Translations under genes and position numbers: made by a program
Source: an uncultured Actinomycetota bacterium
GTDB taxonomy: Bacteria > Actinomycetota > Actinomycetes > JAHEKZ01
Length of the DNA stretch: 64,000 nucleotides
Direction: 5' to 3'
Assembly: GCA_963829525.1 (NCBI GenBank)
Contig: CAWHIJ010000003.1
Location: 256,001 to 320,000 of the forward strand
Shown here: positions 20,824 to 31,433 of the stretch, in pieces
How the letters are laid out: each line of letters begins with the position of its first letter
Position numbering within the stretch: the first letter of the stretch is position 1
Notes under the pieces: generated by a model
Seen by the model: the letters and a program-made list of their open reading frames with translations, nothing else
What the model was told of the DNA's origin: nothing
Database searches by the model: none

Positions 20824-23370
20824 GTGACTGAGACCACCGACACACCAGGCCCGGGCGGCCGCGTCGAGCCTGTCGACCTTCAGGTCGAGATGCAGCGCTC
20901 GTACCTCGACTACGCCATGAGCGTGATCGTGTCGCGCGCTCTTCCCGACGTACGTGACGGGCTCAAGCCCGTTCACCGTCGCGTGATCTACGCGATGTAC
21001 GACGGCGGCTACCGGCCCGACCGCAACTTCAGCAAGTGCGCCCGCATCGTCGGCGACGTGATGGGCAACTATCACCCGCACGGCGACAACGCGATCTACG
21101 ACACCTTGGTGCGCCTTGCCCAGCCCTGGGCGTTGCGTTATCCACTGGTGCAAGGTCAGGGAAACTTCGGATCCCCGGGCAACGATGCCGCCGCCGCCAT
21201 GCGCTACACCGAAGCCCGAATGACGCCACTGGCCATGGAGATGGTCCGTGACATCGACGAGGACACTGTCGACTTCGCGCCGAACTACGACGGCCGAACG
21301 GCCGAACCCACGATCCTTCCGAGCAGGTTTCCGAACCTGTTGGTGAACGGTAGCGCCGGCATTGCCGTTGGCATGGCCACCAACATCCCGCCACACAACC
21401 TGCGTGAGGTCGCCTCAGGTGTTCAATGGGCGCTGCAGCACCCCGGAGCCACTCGCGAAGAGTTGCTCGGGGCCTTGCTGGACAGAATCAAAGGCCCCGA
21501 CTTCCCGACGGGTTCGCTCATCGTCGGCAAGCGAGGGATTGACGACGCGTACCGCACCGGACGCGGTCTTATCACGATGCGCGCGGTCGTCGAGGTCGAG
21601 GAGATCCAGAACCGCGTCTGTCTGGTGATCTCTCAGCTGCCGTACCAAGTCAACCCCGACAACCTGGCGCTCAAGATCGCAGACCTGGTCAACAGTGGCA
21701 AGCTGCAGGGAATTGCGGACCTGCGTGACGACTCATCGTCGCGCACCGGGATGCGCATCATCGTTGTCCTCAAGCGTGACGCCGTGGCAAAGGTGGTGCT
21801 GAACAACCTCTACAAGCACACCCAGCTCCAGGAGACCTTCGGCGCCAACATGTTGGCACTCGTCGATGGTGTGCCGCGTACCCTGACGCTCGACCAGTTC
21901 GTCACCTACTGGATCGCACACCAGATCGAGGTCATTCAGCGTCGTACGCGCTACCGGTTGCGCAAGGCAGAGGAACGAGCGCATATCCTGCGTGCGCTGC
22001 TCAAGGCTCTGGATGCTCTGGATGATGTGATTGCGCTCATCCGGGCAAGTGCCACTGTTGACGATGCGCGCACAGGTCTCATGCAGCTGCTTGATATCGA
22101 TGAGGTTCAGGCGACCGCCATCCTCGACATGCAGTTGCGGCGACTTGCCGCACTGGAGCACAAGAAGATCACCGACGAGTACGACGATTTGATGTCGCGG
22201 ATCGCCGACTACAACGACATTCTCTCCAGTGAGGAGCGTCAGCGCTCCATCGTCGGTGATGAGCTCGCAGAGATTGTTGACAAGTTCGGTGACGAGCGAC
22301 GCACGGAGATCGTTCCCTTCGATGGTGACATGTCGATCGAGGACTTGATCGCTGAAGAAGACCTTGTGATCACCATCACGCGTGACGGCTACGCCAAGCG
22401 GACGAAGTCTGACCTGTACCGGTCTCAGCGGCGCGGCGGCAAAGGCGTTCGCGGAGCCGCACTCAAACAGGACGACATTGTCGAACACTTCTTCACGACG
22501 ACGACACACCACTGGATCCTCTTCTTTACCAACCAGGGGCGTGTCTATCGTGCCAAGGCGTTTGAGCTTCCAGACGCTGGTCGCGACGCGCGTGGTCAGC
22601 ACGTGGCAAATCTGCTCGCCTTCCAACCCGACGAACAGATCGCCCAGGTGCTGGACCTGAAGGACTACGAGCAGTCGCCCTATCTGGTGCTCGCAACGCG
22701 GGGCGGCATGGTCAAGAAGACCAAGCTCACTGAGTACGATTCCAACCGCAGCGGCGGAGTCATCGCAATCAACCTGCGTGAGGGCGACGAGGTCATTTCA
22801 GCCGTTCTCTGCGGCGCCGACGATGACCTCCTGCTCGTCTCACGCAAGGGTCAGTCCGTGCGCTTCCACTGTGATGACGCCACGTTGCGCCCCATGGCCC
22901 GTGCCACCCAAGGCGTGATCGGCATGAAGTTCCGGGGCTCTGACCACTTGCTCGCCATGGACGTCGTCCACGAGGAAGCGTTCGTGGTCACCGTCACCGA
23001 TGGAGGTTTTGCAAAGCGCACTTCCGTCACGGAGTGGACGCCGAAGGGGCGGGGGATCCTCGGCGTCAAGGCAATGCGACTGGCCAGTGACGAGCGTGGC
23101 TCGCTGGTGGGGGCGATTGTTGCGCACGAGGGTGACGAAATCTTTGCCATCAAGTCGAGCGGCGAGGTGATCCGCACCCCCGTGGGAGACATCCGCGCAA
23201 CTGGACGCGACACCATGGGCGTCACGCTGACGTCAGTCGGAGAGGGTGACGCAGTTGTTGCAGTGACCCGAAACCCCGAGGCCGACGATGTTGACGAGGC
23301 CGAGGCAGTGGAGGCCGAGGCAGTGGAGGACGGTCCGGTGGGCGAATCTGACGAGGGACAGGCGCCGTGA
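20824..23370 (+). CDS. gyrA: DNA gyrase subunit A
   Basis: [29 protein letters not shown] and the GyrA-box QRRGGKG. Confidence 0.98.
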   Translation: MTETTDTPGPGGRVEPVDLQVEMQRSYLDYAMSVIVSRALPDVRDGLKPVHRRVIYAMYDGGYRPDRNFSKCARIVGDVMGNYHPHGDNAIYDTLVRLAQPWALRYPLVQGQGNFGSPGNDAAAAMRYTEARMTPLAMEMVRDIDEDTVDFAPNYDGRTAEPTILPSRFPNLLVNGSAGIAVGMATNIPPHNLREVASGVQWALQHPGATREELLGALLDRIKGPDFPTGSLIVGKRGIDDAYRTGRGLITMRAVVEVEEIQNRVCLVISQLPYQVNPDNLALKIADLVNSGKLQGIADLRDDSSSRTGMRIIVVLKRDAVAKVVLNNLYKHTQLQETFGANMLALVDGVPRTLTLDQFVTYWIAHQIEVIQRRTRYRLRKAEERAHILRALLKALDALDDVIALIRASATVDDARTGLMQLLDIDEVQATAILDMQLRRLAALEHKKITDEYDDLMSRIADYNDILSSEERQRSIVGDELAEIVDKFGDERRTEIVPFDGDMSIEDLIAEEDLVITITRDGYAKRTKSDLYRSQRRGGKGVRGAALKQDDIVEHFFTTTTHHWILFFTNQGRVYRAKAFELPDAGRDARGQHVANLLAFQPDEQIAQVLDLKDYEQSPYLVLATRGGMVKKTKLTEYDSNRSGGVIAINLREGDEVISAVLCGADDDLLLVSRKGQSVRFHCDDATLRPMARATQGVIGMKFRGSDHLLAMDVVHEEAFVVTVTDGGFAKRTSVTEWTPKGRGILGVKAMRLASDERGSLVGAIVAHEGDEIFAIKSSGEVIRTPVGDIRATGRDTMGVTLTSVGEGDAVVAVTRNPEADDVDEAEAVEAEAVEDGPVGESDEGQAP

Positions 23371-23852
23371 CGACTACCAGCGGCGGACGGCCGAGCGATA
23401 GCGCGAAGACCCCGAGGCCGGTGATGCCCGAACGACCGGCGACTGGACCAGGAACGGTCGTAGCTCCGGTCGGCAATCCGTATATGGCGAGAGAGCGTCG
23501 GCTTCGGCTGACGATCACTCGTCTCGATCCCTGGACGGTTCTTCGACTTTCGTTCTTGCTTTCTATCGCGACGGCCATCATCAGCGTGGTGGCCCTGCTC
23601 TTGCTTTGGACGATGTTGGCAACTGCCGGCGTTTTTGGATCCGTCGATGACGCCTTGCAGTCGGTACTCGGCGATGGCGCTGTGACTGTGACGCAGTACT
23701 TCGGATTCGGACGAGTGCTCTCGGTGGCGCTGCTGATCGGAGCTATTGACGTGGTGCTGATCACGGCCCTCGCCACCATCGGCGCCTTCCTCTTCAACCT
23801 TGCCAGTAGTCTCGCCGGGGGCCTTGAGGTCTCGGTCACCGACGAGGGCTGA
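23367..23852 (+). CDS. DUF3566 membrane protein
   Basis: [15 protein letters not shown] and [12 protein letters not shown]...GGLEV motifs; conserved position after gyrA. Confidence 0.88.
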   Translation: MTTTSGGRPSDSAKTPRPVMPERPATGPGTVVAPVGNPYMARERRLRLTITRLDPWTVLRLSFLLSIATAIISVVALLLLWTMLATAGVFGSVDDALQSVLGDGAVTVTQYFGFGRVLSVALLIGAIDVVLITALATIGAFLFNLASSLAGGLEVSVTDEG

Positions 23853-23908
23853 GGGCGGTGCCCGGTTTTGGAGGGACTGAGTGGTCAGGTAGCCTTCACG
23901 TTCGGCAC

Positions 23909-23983
23909 GGGCCTATAGCTCAGCTCGGTTAGAGCGCTTCCCTGATAAGGAAGAGGTCGATGGTTCAAGTCCATCTAGGCCCA
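23909..23983 (+). tRNA. tRNA-Ile (GAT)
   Basis: GGGCCTA/TAGGCCC acceptor stem, anticodon arm CTTCC-CTGATAA-GGAAG, GGTTCAAGTCC T-arm. Confidence 0.97.
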
Positions 23984-24013
23984 CTGACCCATCCCCGGCT
24001 ACTTGGAGTAGGT

Positions 24014-24163
24014 ATGTTCAAGAAGTTGCTCGTCCTGGCTGCAGCTGCCGCCGGTGCCTTCGCTGTCTGGCGCAAGGTCTCCAACGATAAAGCGGAGCAG
24101 GACCTCTGGAACGAGGCAGTCTCAGACCTTGATCCGGACGCTCCGGTGGTCGACCTTCGCTGA
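24014..24163 (+). CDS. DLW-39 family small protein
   Basis: MFKKLLVLAAAAAGAFAVWRK...AEQDLWNEA, located between tRNA-Ile and tRNA-Ala; GGAG RBS. Confidence 0.85.
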   Translation: MFKKLLVLAAAAAGAFAVWRKVSNDKAEQDLWNEAVSDLDPDAPVVDLR

Positions 24164-24194
24164 ACTTGCACCCGCGGGCGCCTGACGGCGCACC

Positions 24195-24267
24195 GGGGAC
24201 GTAGCTCAATTGGCAGAGCACCGCCTTTGCAAGGCGGGGGTTAGGGGTTCGATTCCCCTCGTCTCCA
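24195..24267 (+). tRNA. tRNA-Ala (TGC)
   Basis: GGGGACG/CGTCTCC acceptor stem with G3:U70, anticodon arm CCGCC-TTTGCAA-GGCGG, GGTTCGATTCC T-arm. Confidence 0.97.
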
Positions 24268-24407
24268 CTCACGCAGCTCCCCGTACGACCGATCACAGAA
24301 TCTGTGGGCTGGATTCACTCTCGTGTACCGCAGGGTTCCTGGGCCGAGGTGGCTGGCGGTCTGTGGATTGTGCCCGAACCGGCGTCACGTGGGGCTAACT
24401 TCCCTCC

Positions 24408-24917
24408 ATGACACCTACCCGAGCTACCGCATCCGTCCTATCCGCCAGCCTGGCCTTGAGCCTGATACTCGCCTTCGCACCGCCGGCGTCGGCCGCCGAG
24501 CTGATCGTCACCGACTCCGCGCGCGACAACGCGGGCCCCGGCCTCGACATCATCAGCGCGGTTCTGGAGAACACCGACTACACGGTGTCCGGAACCGTGA
24601 GCTTCCGCGCCGACCGGGACGGCACCCTCGTCGTCGGCCTCAAGGCGCACGACCGAGGACTCCTTCGGGTGGTGAGTAAGCACCATCAAGGAGGCAGCGC
24701 ACGTAGTGTGCTCATCGACAATGATGGCCGCATCACGTGCGACGGACTCGCCGTCCGGTGGAACACCAGAACGGGGTCTGCAAGGTTCAGCGTCCCATCG
24801 ACGTGCCTGTGGGATGGCAACTACGGCGCAGTCCGCCCCTGGTTTCTCATCGAGCGACTCGACTCAGGAAATGATGTCGATGTCGCCACGACCACCGAGT
24901 TTGTCCCTCGCGGCTGA
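24408..24917 (+). CDS. Hypothetical secreted protein
   Basis: Signal peptide ending PASA-A, beta-rich mature part with two Cys; TAACTT -10 lies 6 nt before the ATG. Confidence 0.7.
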   Translation: MTPTRATASVLSASLALSLILAFAPPASAAELIVTDSARDNAGPGLDIISAVLENTDYTVSGTVSFRADRDGTLVVGLKAHDRGLLRVVSKHHQGGSARSVLIDNDGRITCDGLAVRWNTRTGSARFSVPSTCLWDGNYGAVRPWFLIERLDSGNDVDVATTTEFVPRG

Positions 24918-25211
24918 CTCGACAGCGTCGGTGTGGCGGGAAAGTCCTGCCTCGTGACTTCAGCTCGCCATGACCAGACGCAACTCGCCACCTAACCGAC
25001 AGTTTCGCCGACAGTTTTGACCGGGCGAGCTGACTGTGGAACGTAATCCGCGCCGAGCGCGGCTAGTGTTCCGCAACCAAGAGAGAATCACGGTCGGTCG
25101 CAGCTCCTCAGATCAACTCATCGGGCCACGGCGGGCATACCCGCATCTATTGGAAGGCCCAGACGAGCGAGGCCTTCACGTTCCTGGGGTCTCACCTGGG
25201 CAATGAATCCC

Positions 25212-26576
25212 TCAACTGATCGCGGTGAGAAACTCCTCGCTGGATGTGAGGTACGCATCGACGTCATCTTGAGTCGCGGCGAAAGAGATGGCCGGACCAG
25301 ACGTTGCGATCGCATCCCAGACTCCGCGGTTCATCAAGAACGCTTTTCGCGCGTCTGCAAACGCCTCGTTGACTGATCCGTAGCCGTCATAGCCGGTCAC
25401 GGGTTCATCAGCGGTCAACCGCCACTGGCAGCGTCCGCCCCACCGGTCGATCGTGAAGCCGAGGCCACTGGCGTCAACCAGCTCTTGAAGTCCACGTTGC
25501 AGCTGCTCACCGAGCCGGCTGACGCGTGTGTGTGCCTCGGCGGTGAAGACCTCGGCCAGGCCAGCCCGAGCAGCAGCCATCGACAACGCGTTTGCGTACA
25601 CCGTTCCGCCCGTGGGAACGCTGGGCCCATGCGTGAAGTCGCCTTCGACGTGGTTGGCGAGGAAGTCACCAAGCGGCGCGGTCATGCCGAAGACGCCCAC
25701 CGGCATGCCGCCACCGATCCCCTTGCCGCCAGTAACGATGTCTGGGTCGAGCCCGAACTCCTGCGCACCACCACCTTGGACGGCGAACTGGGTATGGGTG
25801 ACGTCGGCGATGACGAGCGTTCCGTGCTGACGGGTAGCTGCGCGGATCGCCGCGTGAAAGCCGGGCTGCGGCATGACGAGCCCGCAGTTGGTCATCACAG
25901 GTTCGAGGAGCACCGCGGCCACGTCGTCGTCAGTGAGTGCTCTCTGGAGGGCAGGCAGGTCGTTGAAGGGCACCGCAGTCAGGTGAGCTCCCGAACCCTC
26001 GGTGATGCCGATCCCGTCAGGCTCGTCCTTCGTCCAGAGCATCTCATCCATGTGACCGTGGTACTTGGCCTGGAAGACGACGACCCGCTGTCGGCCCGAG
26101 AACGCCCTGGCCACGCGCAGAGCGTCGACATTCGCCCCGGACGCCGAGAGGGTGTACTGCCAGCGGGGTAGACCGAAGCGATCGCTCAGCAGCTGGCTGA
26201 CCGCGAGCGCATCCGTGGTCGGCAGCAGAAAGTGGTTACCGAGGGCTGCCTGTTCGGCGATAGCGGTGACGATGGGTGGAGGCGCAAATCCGGCAGCCAT
26301 GGCCAGATCGCACAGGTTGAAGTCGCGGTAGGTGTTCCCGTCAAGGTCGGTGAATGTCGAACCACTGCCAGAAACAGCGACCACCGGCGAGTGACGCCAG
26401 AAGCCAGACATCCACGAGACCGGGACGCCGTTGGGCATCAGTTGGGCCGCCTCGGCAAGCCACGCCCGCGATCGGGGGATCGAGTCGTGGAAAGTCACCG
26501 TCTCGGCGTCGCGAAGGCGCTCCAAGCGAGCCTGAAGGGTAGGAGTGATCAGCGAGTCCATGGTCGATACTGACAC
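25212..26576 (-). CDS. Class-III PLP aminotransferase (glutamate-1-semialdehyde aminomutase-like)
   Basis: TDLDGN.Y.DF, SGANVDALRVARA, LLEPVMTN, TGGKGIGGGMPVG and GGT.YANALS motifs. Confidence 0.85.
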   Translation of the reverse strand: MSVSTMDSLITPTLQARLERLRDAETVTFHDSIPRSRAWLAEAAQLMPNGVPVSWMSGFWRHSPVVAVSGSGSTFTDLDGNTYRDFNLCDLAMAAGFAPPPIVTAIAEQAALGNHFLLPTTDALAVSQLLSDRFGLPRWQYTLSASGANVDALRVARAFSGRQRVVVFQAKYHGHMDEMLWTKDEPDGIGITEGSGAHLTAVPFNDLPALQRALTDDDVAAVLLEPVMTNCGLVMPQPGFHAAIRAATRQHGTLVIADVTHTQFAVQGGGAQEFGLDPDIVTGGKGIGGGMPVGVFGMTAPLGDFLANHVEGDFTHGPSVPTGGTVYANALSMAAARAGLAEVFTAEAHTRVSRLGEQLQRGLQELVDASGLGFTIDRWGGRCQWRLTADEPVTGYDGYGSVNEAFADARKAFLMNRGVWDAIATSGPAISFAATQDDVDAYLTSSEEFLTAIS

Positions 26577-26641
26577 GGCGATCGTGGTGGCGGTATGCGA
26601 GGATCAACGGGCCGACGACGACATCATCAGAAGGGCCGACC

Positions 26642-27172
26642 GTGGCTGAGCAACTCTTCGCGACTCTGAACACCAACCGTGGCGCGATCCGCATCGAGCT
26701 GTACCCCAACCACGCACCGAAGACGGTCGCCAATTTCGTCGATCTGGCCGAAGGTTCGCGCGAGTGGAAGCATCCGGGCACCAGTGAGATGAGCACCAGC
26801 AAGCTCTATGACGGAACGACCTTTCACCGGGTGATCAGCGGGTTCATGATTCAGGGCGGTGACCCACTCGGCACCGGAACCGGCGGTCCCGGCTATCGAT
26901 TCGGCGACGAGTTCCACCCTGAGCTCACCTTCAGAGAGCCGTACCTGCTCGCCATGGCGAACTCCGGACCGGGCACCAACGGTTCACAGTTTTTCATTAC
27001 GGTCGGCGCCGCGGACTGGCTGAACTTCAAGCACACGATTTTCGGAAAGGTCGCCGACCCCGACTCGCGGGCCGTGGTCGACGCGATAGCCGCCACTCCG
27101 ACCGGCTCCCAGGACCGTCCGGTCGACCCGGTGGTCATCGAGACTGTCACGATCGAGCGAGTCGGCGCCTGA
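26642..27172 (+). CDS. ppiA: Cyclophilin-type peptidyl-prolyl cis-trans isomerase
   Basis: APKTVANF, FHRVISGFMIQGGDP and LAMANSGPGTNGSQFFIT motifs. Confidence 0.96.
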   Translation: MAEQLFATLNTNRGAIRIELYPNHAPKTVANFVDLAEGSREWKHPGTSEMSTSKLYDGTTFHRVISGFMIQGGDPLGTGTGGPGYRFGDEFHPELTFREPYLLAMANSGPGTNGSQFFITVGAADWLNFKHTIFGKVADPDSRAVVDAIAATPTGSQDRPVDPVVIETVTIERVGA

Positions 27173-27182
27173 CGCGCACGGC

Positions 27183-28211
27183 ATGACCGAACAGCCTGCA
27201 GGAGAATCGGAGTCCTCGGCGGCCCCGCCCACTTGTTACCGACACCCTGAGCGCGAGAGCCACATCAGGTGCAGCAGGTGCGAGCGGCCAATTTGCCCCG
27301 ACTGCATGGTCACGGCTGCCGTGGGGTTCCAGTGTCCTGAGTGCGTTCAAGAGGGCAAGGCAGCCGTGCGAGAGGCGCGGACGCTTGCCGGTGGTGTGAT
27401 CCACGGCGACCCGATGCTCGTCACCAAGATCCTCATAGCGGCGAACGTGGCTCTTTTTGTTCTGCAGTACGCGACGAATGACCGCTTGACCAGTCGGTTT
27501 GCCATGCAGGGGTTTGCCGTTGCTGTCGATGGTGAGTGGTGGCGACTGGTCACCTCCGCCTTCTTGCACACCGGCATCACGCACCTGGCGTTCAACATGC
27601 TGGCGCTGTGGTTCGTCGGTTCCGCGATTGAGCCGCGATTGGGTCGCTGGCGCTATCTCACCGTGTATCTGCTGAGCGCCCTTGGTGGTTCGGTGCTCTC
27701 ATACGCCGTCGACTCACCTGTTCAGTATTCGGTGGGCGCATCCGGAGCAGTCTTCGGTCTCTTTGGAGCGCTCTTCGTGCTGATGAGGCGGCTGCGCTTC
27801 GACGTAGGCGGGATCATCGGGCTGATCGTGGTCAACGTTGTGATCGGCTTCATCCCCGGGTTCAACATCAACTGGCGTGCGCACCTGGGCGGGCTCATCG
27901 TCGGAACGGTGTTAACCGCTGCCATGATCTACGCGCCACAGCGGCAGCGGCTCGGTGTCGCAATCGGCGCGTCGTTCGCGATCTTTGCCTTGTGTATCGC
28001 AGTCACCACGTGGCGCACTGATCAGATCAACGGCTGCCTGGACGGTACAAAGGACCCCAACATATGCATCGCTGACATCACCTACCTCGGGGCAACCCGC
28101 TCAGGCGCCGGCGGCGCGGTCGCGACGCGCGCGCCCGTAGACGCACCCGGACAGATCCAGACGCTGGAAGCGCCCACCGACCCTGACGCTGACGTCGACG
28201 ACGTCGGGTGA
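27183..28211 (+). CDS. Rhomboid intramembrane serine protease with N-terminal B-box-like Zn finger
   Basis: CYRHP...C.RCERPICPDC, WWRLVTSAFLH, HLAFNM, GASGAVFG and AHLGG motifs. The 3' end overlaps the convergent gene. Confidence 0.92.
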   Translation: MTEQPAGESESSAAPPTCYRHPERESHIRCSRCERPICPDCMVTAAVGFQCPECVQEGKAAVREARTLAGGVIHGDPMLVTKILIAANVALFVLQYATNDRLTSRFAMQGFAVAVDGEWWRLVTSAFLHTGITHLAFNMLALWFVGSAIEPRLGRWRYLTVYLLSALGGSVLSYAVDSPVQYSVGASGAVFGLFGALFVLMRRLRFDVGGIIGLIVVNVVIGFIPGFNINWRAHLGGLIVGTVLTAAMIYAPQRQRLGVAIGASFAIFALCIAVTTWRTDQINGCLDGTKDPNICIADITYLGATRSGAGGAVATRAPVDAPGQIQTLEAPTDPDADVDDVG

Positions 28212-29429
28212 GTCCGCTCTTCCAACCCGAAAGCGGGACTCCGACTCGGGGTAGAGGACATCGAAGCTGCCAATGACTGGGTTGACCAGTCGCAGCTCGC
28301 CATCGACATGTGCGACACGCAGGGTTGGCTGCCAGGGGTTGTACGAGCGGTAGAGTCCGGCTGCCGCATGGTGGCGATGATCAGCGCTCTCGTCGTGCGG
28401 TTCGGGACGCGGCCAGGTCGGCTCATCGGACGGTAGGTCGCAGAGCAGGCGCAGAACGTGGGCGTTGGCGTCGGAGTCGTCGGCGTAGCCGTTAACCAGC
28501 ATGCAGGTACCGATCCCCCGGTCACGGTCGACCCGGACGTCGGCGAACATGCCAACCATTCCGCCACTGTGCCCCAGGGTGATTTGGCCGTCCGCCTCAT
28601 GCGTTCTCAAGCCGTAGCCGTACCAACCGTCGTCGTCACGGACGTGGCGGTCGGAGATGCGTGCGAAGTCGTCTGCATCGAGTACTCCTTCTGTACCGCC
28701 ATTGAGGAGAAAGCGAAGGTAGTGGCCCATGTCTTCGGGGGTTGCCGCAATGGCGCCGTCCGCGGTGCACGTCGGGAAGAGGGTGTCAGGGGTCTGATCG
28801 TCGTCGCAGCGCCACAGATCGTCGTCGCGTGGCGGACGGTGGCCGCGAACATCGACGCCGTGGTCGGACGACACGACCGATGCCTTGGAGTGGCTCATTC
28901 CCATCGGCCGCAGCACGTGCTCTTCCAGGTAGGTCTCGAGTGGCATCCCGGTCACCGACTCGATGACGTCACCGAGTAGTTCGTAGCCGGGGTTGGAGTA
29001 CCAGAAGGGACTGCCTGGATGCTGCGGAGCGCCGGCAGCCCCCTGCATGGCCGACTCGAGCAACGAGTCGGGCGTCCACTCGCTCCCACCCGGGAGCCCG
29101 GCCGTGTGTGTCATCAGGTGGTGCAGGGTGATCTCTGGGTTCAGGTGAGTTGCCCAGGGAAGGTGGTCGACGACCCGGTCGTCGACGGAGAGTTTGCCGT
29201 CCCGCTGCAGCTGCAGGGTCGCGATGCTGGAGAACGCTTTCGAGATGGATCCAATCTGCCAGCGCTGCGCGGCGTCCACCGGCCGCATCCCGTCTCGGTC
29301 AGCGAGGCCAGCCAGCTCGATGTGCACAGTCTGTTCGCGGTCGGAGATGACCACCGCCATCCCCGGGACGCGGCGGCGAGCCTGCCACGCCAGTGCCCAT
29401 CGGGTGGCCTCGTCGATGCGGTTCGGCAC
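28101..29429 (-). CDS. Serine hydrolase, beta-lactamase/class C PBP family
   Basis: SISK (SxxK), LMTHTAGL, FWYSNPGY and HSGG motifs; GAGGAGG RBS. Confidence 0.88.
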   Translation of the reverse strand: MPNRIDEATRWALAWQARRRVPGMAVVISDREQTVHIELAGLADRDGMRPVDAAQRWQIGSISKAFSSIATLQLQRDGKLSVDDRVVDHLPWATHLNPEITLHHLMTHTAGLPGGSEWTPDSLLESAMQGAAGAPQHPGSPFWYSNPGYELLGDVIESVTGMPLETYLEEHVLRPMGMSHSKASVVSSDHGVDVRGHRPPRDDDLWRCDDDQTPDTLFPTCTADGAIAATPEDMGHYLRFLLNGGTEGVLDADDFARISDRHVRDDDGWYGYGLRTHEADGQITLGHSGGMVGMFADVRVDRDRGIGTCMLVNGYADDSDANAHVLRLLCDLPSDEPTWPRPEPHDESADHRHHAAAGLYRSYNPWQPTLRVAHVDGELRLVNPVIGSFDVLYPESESRFRVGRADSPDVVDVSVRVGGRFQRLDLSGCVYGRARRDRAAGA

Positions 29430-29451
29430 TCAACCTCCTCGGTCAGCCCAT

Positions 29452-29483
29452 CAATCCACAGGGGTTATCCCCACTGTGGATGT
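29452..29483. promoter_or_regulatory. Cluster of three DnaA-box-like sites downstream of crgA
   Basis: CAATCCACA (29452), TTATCCCCA (29465), TGTGGATGT (29475). Confidence 0.65.
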
Positions 29484-29508
29484 ACTTACAACGCTGTGAT
29501 TCTTGGCG

Positions 29509-29763
29509 CTACTTCCAGCGGGTGGCGACCATCAGGCCGGCGAACATGAAGCCGAAGCCGATCGCGATGTTCCACGGGCCCAGGCTGCTCACGAAGCCGA
29601 TGCTGCTGGCGGCGACGTAGTAGAGGACCACCCAGGTCAGGCCGATGAGGAGCAGGGCCACCATCGTCGGAGCGACCCACCGGCCGCTGACCGCCTTGCT
29701 CTTGTCCGTGCGCTCCGGCGGCGGGATGTAGTCGGCTTTCTTGCGGGACCGCGACTTCGGCAC
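29509..29763 (-). CDS. crgA: Cell division protein CrgA
   Basis: MPKSRSRKKADY.PP, W.AP.MVALLLIGL.WVVLYY and WNIAIGFG...ATRWK motifs; GTG start at 29763. Confidence 0.93.
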   Translation of the reverse strand: MPKSRSRKKADYIPPPERTDKSKAVSGRWVAPTMVALLLIGLTWVVLYYVAASSIGFVSSLGPWNIAIGFGFMFAGLMVATRWK

Positions 29764-29830
29764 GTCCACCACTCCTTGGGTCACGCCCGGGGGGTCCGGA
29801 CAGGTGAGTCTGCCCCGTAGCGTAATCCCT

Positions 29831-30535
29831 ATGCGGTCGACAACGGTGTGGCGCGTCCTGGTGCCCGTCGTGCTGCTGCTGATCGGTCTGCTGTTGGCGA
29901 CGTCTGCGAGGTTGGCCGCCGGGACGGACTTGCGCGCCGATCGGCGCACCAATCTGGTCGACCTCATTCGCGCCGAGCAGGACCGGGTGGAAGCTGAGAC
30001 CGTCAACGTGTCGGAGCTTCAAAACCGGCTGGATGCTGCGGCCAAGGCCAAGGCGAGGGTGCCGGTGGAGACCGATCCTGAGCTGGAATCCTTGATCTCA
30101 GAGGTCGAGGGTGCCGGTCTCACCGTCACGCTGGAGGACGCGCCGATTCCTGCCGATGGGGTCCCTGACGGATGGAACGCTGACGACTACGTAGTCCACG
30201 AGCAGGACGTGCAGGCGGTCATCAATGCTTTGTGGGCTGGTGGGGCGGAGGCAATAGGCGTGATGGACCAGCGGATCATCGCCACCAGCGCCGTGCGTTG
30301 TGTCGGTAGCACGCTGTTGCTGCACGGACAGGTCTACGCCCCGCCCTATACGGTCATCGCCGTGGGTCCAACCGATCGCATGCAGCGGGCCATCGACGTT
30401 TCTCCGCGCGTGGCGATCTACCGGCAGTACGCGGGCCTCCTGGGACTGGGTTTCGACGTCAGTGACTCGGACTCGGTCACTGTGCCTGCCTATGAGGGGC
30501 CTCTCTCCGTGCGCTACGCGCAGGTGGTGGAGTGA
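29831..30535 (+). CDS. DUF881 domain protein
   Basis: G.GLTVTLEDAP, VVHEQDVQAVINALWAGGAEAI..MDQR and CVG.TLLLHG motifs. Confidence 0.9.
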   Translation: MRSTTVWRVLVPVVLLLIGLLLATSARLAAGTDLRADRRTNLVDLIRAEQDRVEAETVNVSELQNRLDAAAKAKARVPVETDPELESLISEVEGAGLTVTLEDAPIPADGVPDGWNADDYVVHEQDVQAVINALWAGGAEAIGVMDQRIIATSAVRCVGSTLLLHGQVYAPPYTVIAVGPTDRMQRAIDVSPRVAIYRQYAGLLGLGFDVSDSDSVTVPAYEGPLSVRYAQVVE

Positions 30536-31203
30536 ACGCGGCTCGTCGCACAGCTGGTGTTGTGGGTGAGCTCCTGATCACCGCTGGAGTCATCGTCCTG
30601 TTGTTCGTTGGGTATCAACTGGTATGGACCAACGTCCAAGCCGACCGAGCGGCGAGTGCACAGAGCAACGCCCTCGAGAAGCGGTGGGCGGAGCGGACGC
30701 CAAAAGACCCGGAGTTCGACCTGCCGCTGAAGAACGGTGAGGCATTCGCGCTGCTGCGGATACCCCGTCTCGGCGACAACTACCGGGTGCCGATCGTCGA
30801 GGGAGTCAGCCTGGAATCGCTGGCGCGTGGGGTCGGCCACTATCCGAAGACCGCCTTACCTGGTCAGATCGGCAACTTCTCGGTAGCCGGGCACCGGGCA
30901 ACCAACGGTGAGCCATTCGCCTACCTCGATCAGGTCGACGTCGGTGACGATGTCTTCGTTGAGACCGGTACTGCGTGGTACACCTACGAAGTCATCAAGG
31001 AGTACATCGTGGAGCCCACCCAGGTGGGCGTCATCCTTCCGGTGCCGAACGAGCCAGGTGCTGTGCCACGTCGCCGGTTGATGACCCTGACCACCTGTAA
31101 TCCGCGCTGGGACTCGTACGAGAGGCTGATCTTTCACGCCAAGCTCGTCGATGAGCTACCCAAGAGTGAGGGACGGCCGGCCGCCCTCGGAGGTGGTGGC
31201 TGA
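30532..31203 (+). CDS. Class E sortase
   Basis: GVGHYP.TALPG..GNFSVAGHR, TLTTCNP and catalytic Arg in ERLI; N-terminal TM anchor. Confidence 0.92.
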   Translation: MNAARRTAGVVGELLITAGVIVLLFVGYQLVWTNVQADRAASAQSNALEKRWAERTPKDPEFDLPLKNGEAFALLRIPRLGDNYRVPIVEGVSLESLARGVGHYPKTALPGQIGNFSVAGHRATNGEPFAYLDQVDVGDDVFVETGTAWYTYEVIKEYIVEPTQVGVILPVPNEPGAVPRRRLMTLTTCNPRWDSYERLIFHAKLVDELPKSEGRPAALGGGG

Positions 31204-31433
31204 TGTACGGCTGGCTTTGGAGGCATCTGCCCGGCCCGGCTCCCGTTCGCGTGGTCATCGCCCTGCTGCTCTTCGTCGCGGTTGTAGCGGTCCTGTTGCT
31301 CTGGGTCTTCCCATGGGTCGAGCCTCGACTGCCGTTCACCGACGTCACCGTTGATGGATCCGCCGCGGCCCGAGTGACTGAAATACTTCGAACACGGGAC
31401 GCGTGGGTCGCTGGCCTAGGCTGGATGACGTGA
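31203..31433 (+). CDS. Small conserved membrane protein
   Basis: MYGWLWRHLPGP..VR...LLL.VFPW, typical between sortase and pabA/trpG. Confidence 0.8.
   Translation: MYGWLWRHLPGPAPVRVVIALLLFVAVVAVLLLWVFPWVEPRLPFTDVTVDGSAAARVTEILRTRDAWVAGLGWMT

Noticed and set aside
23297-23329. 15-bp duplication (AEAVE x2) in the gyrA tail, and TETA-type repeats in the jag N-terminus
   Set aside because: Low-complexity acidic tails and linkers are typical of these proteins.
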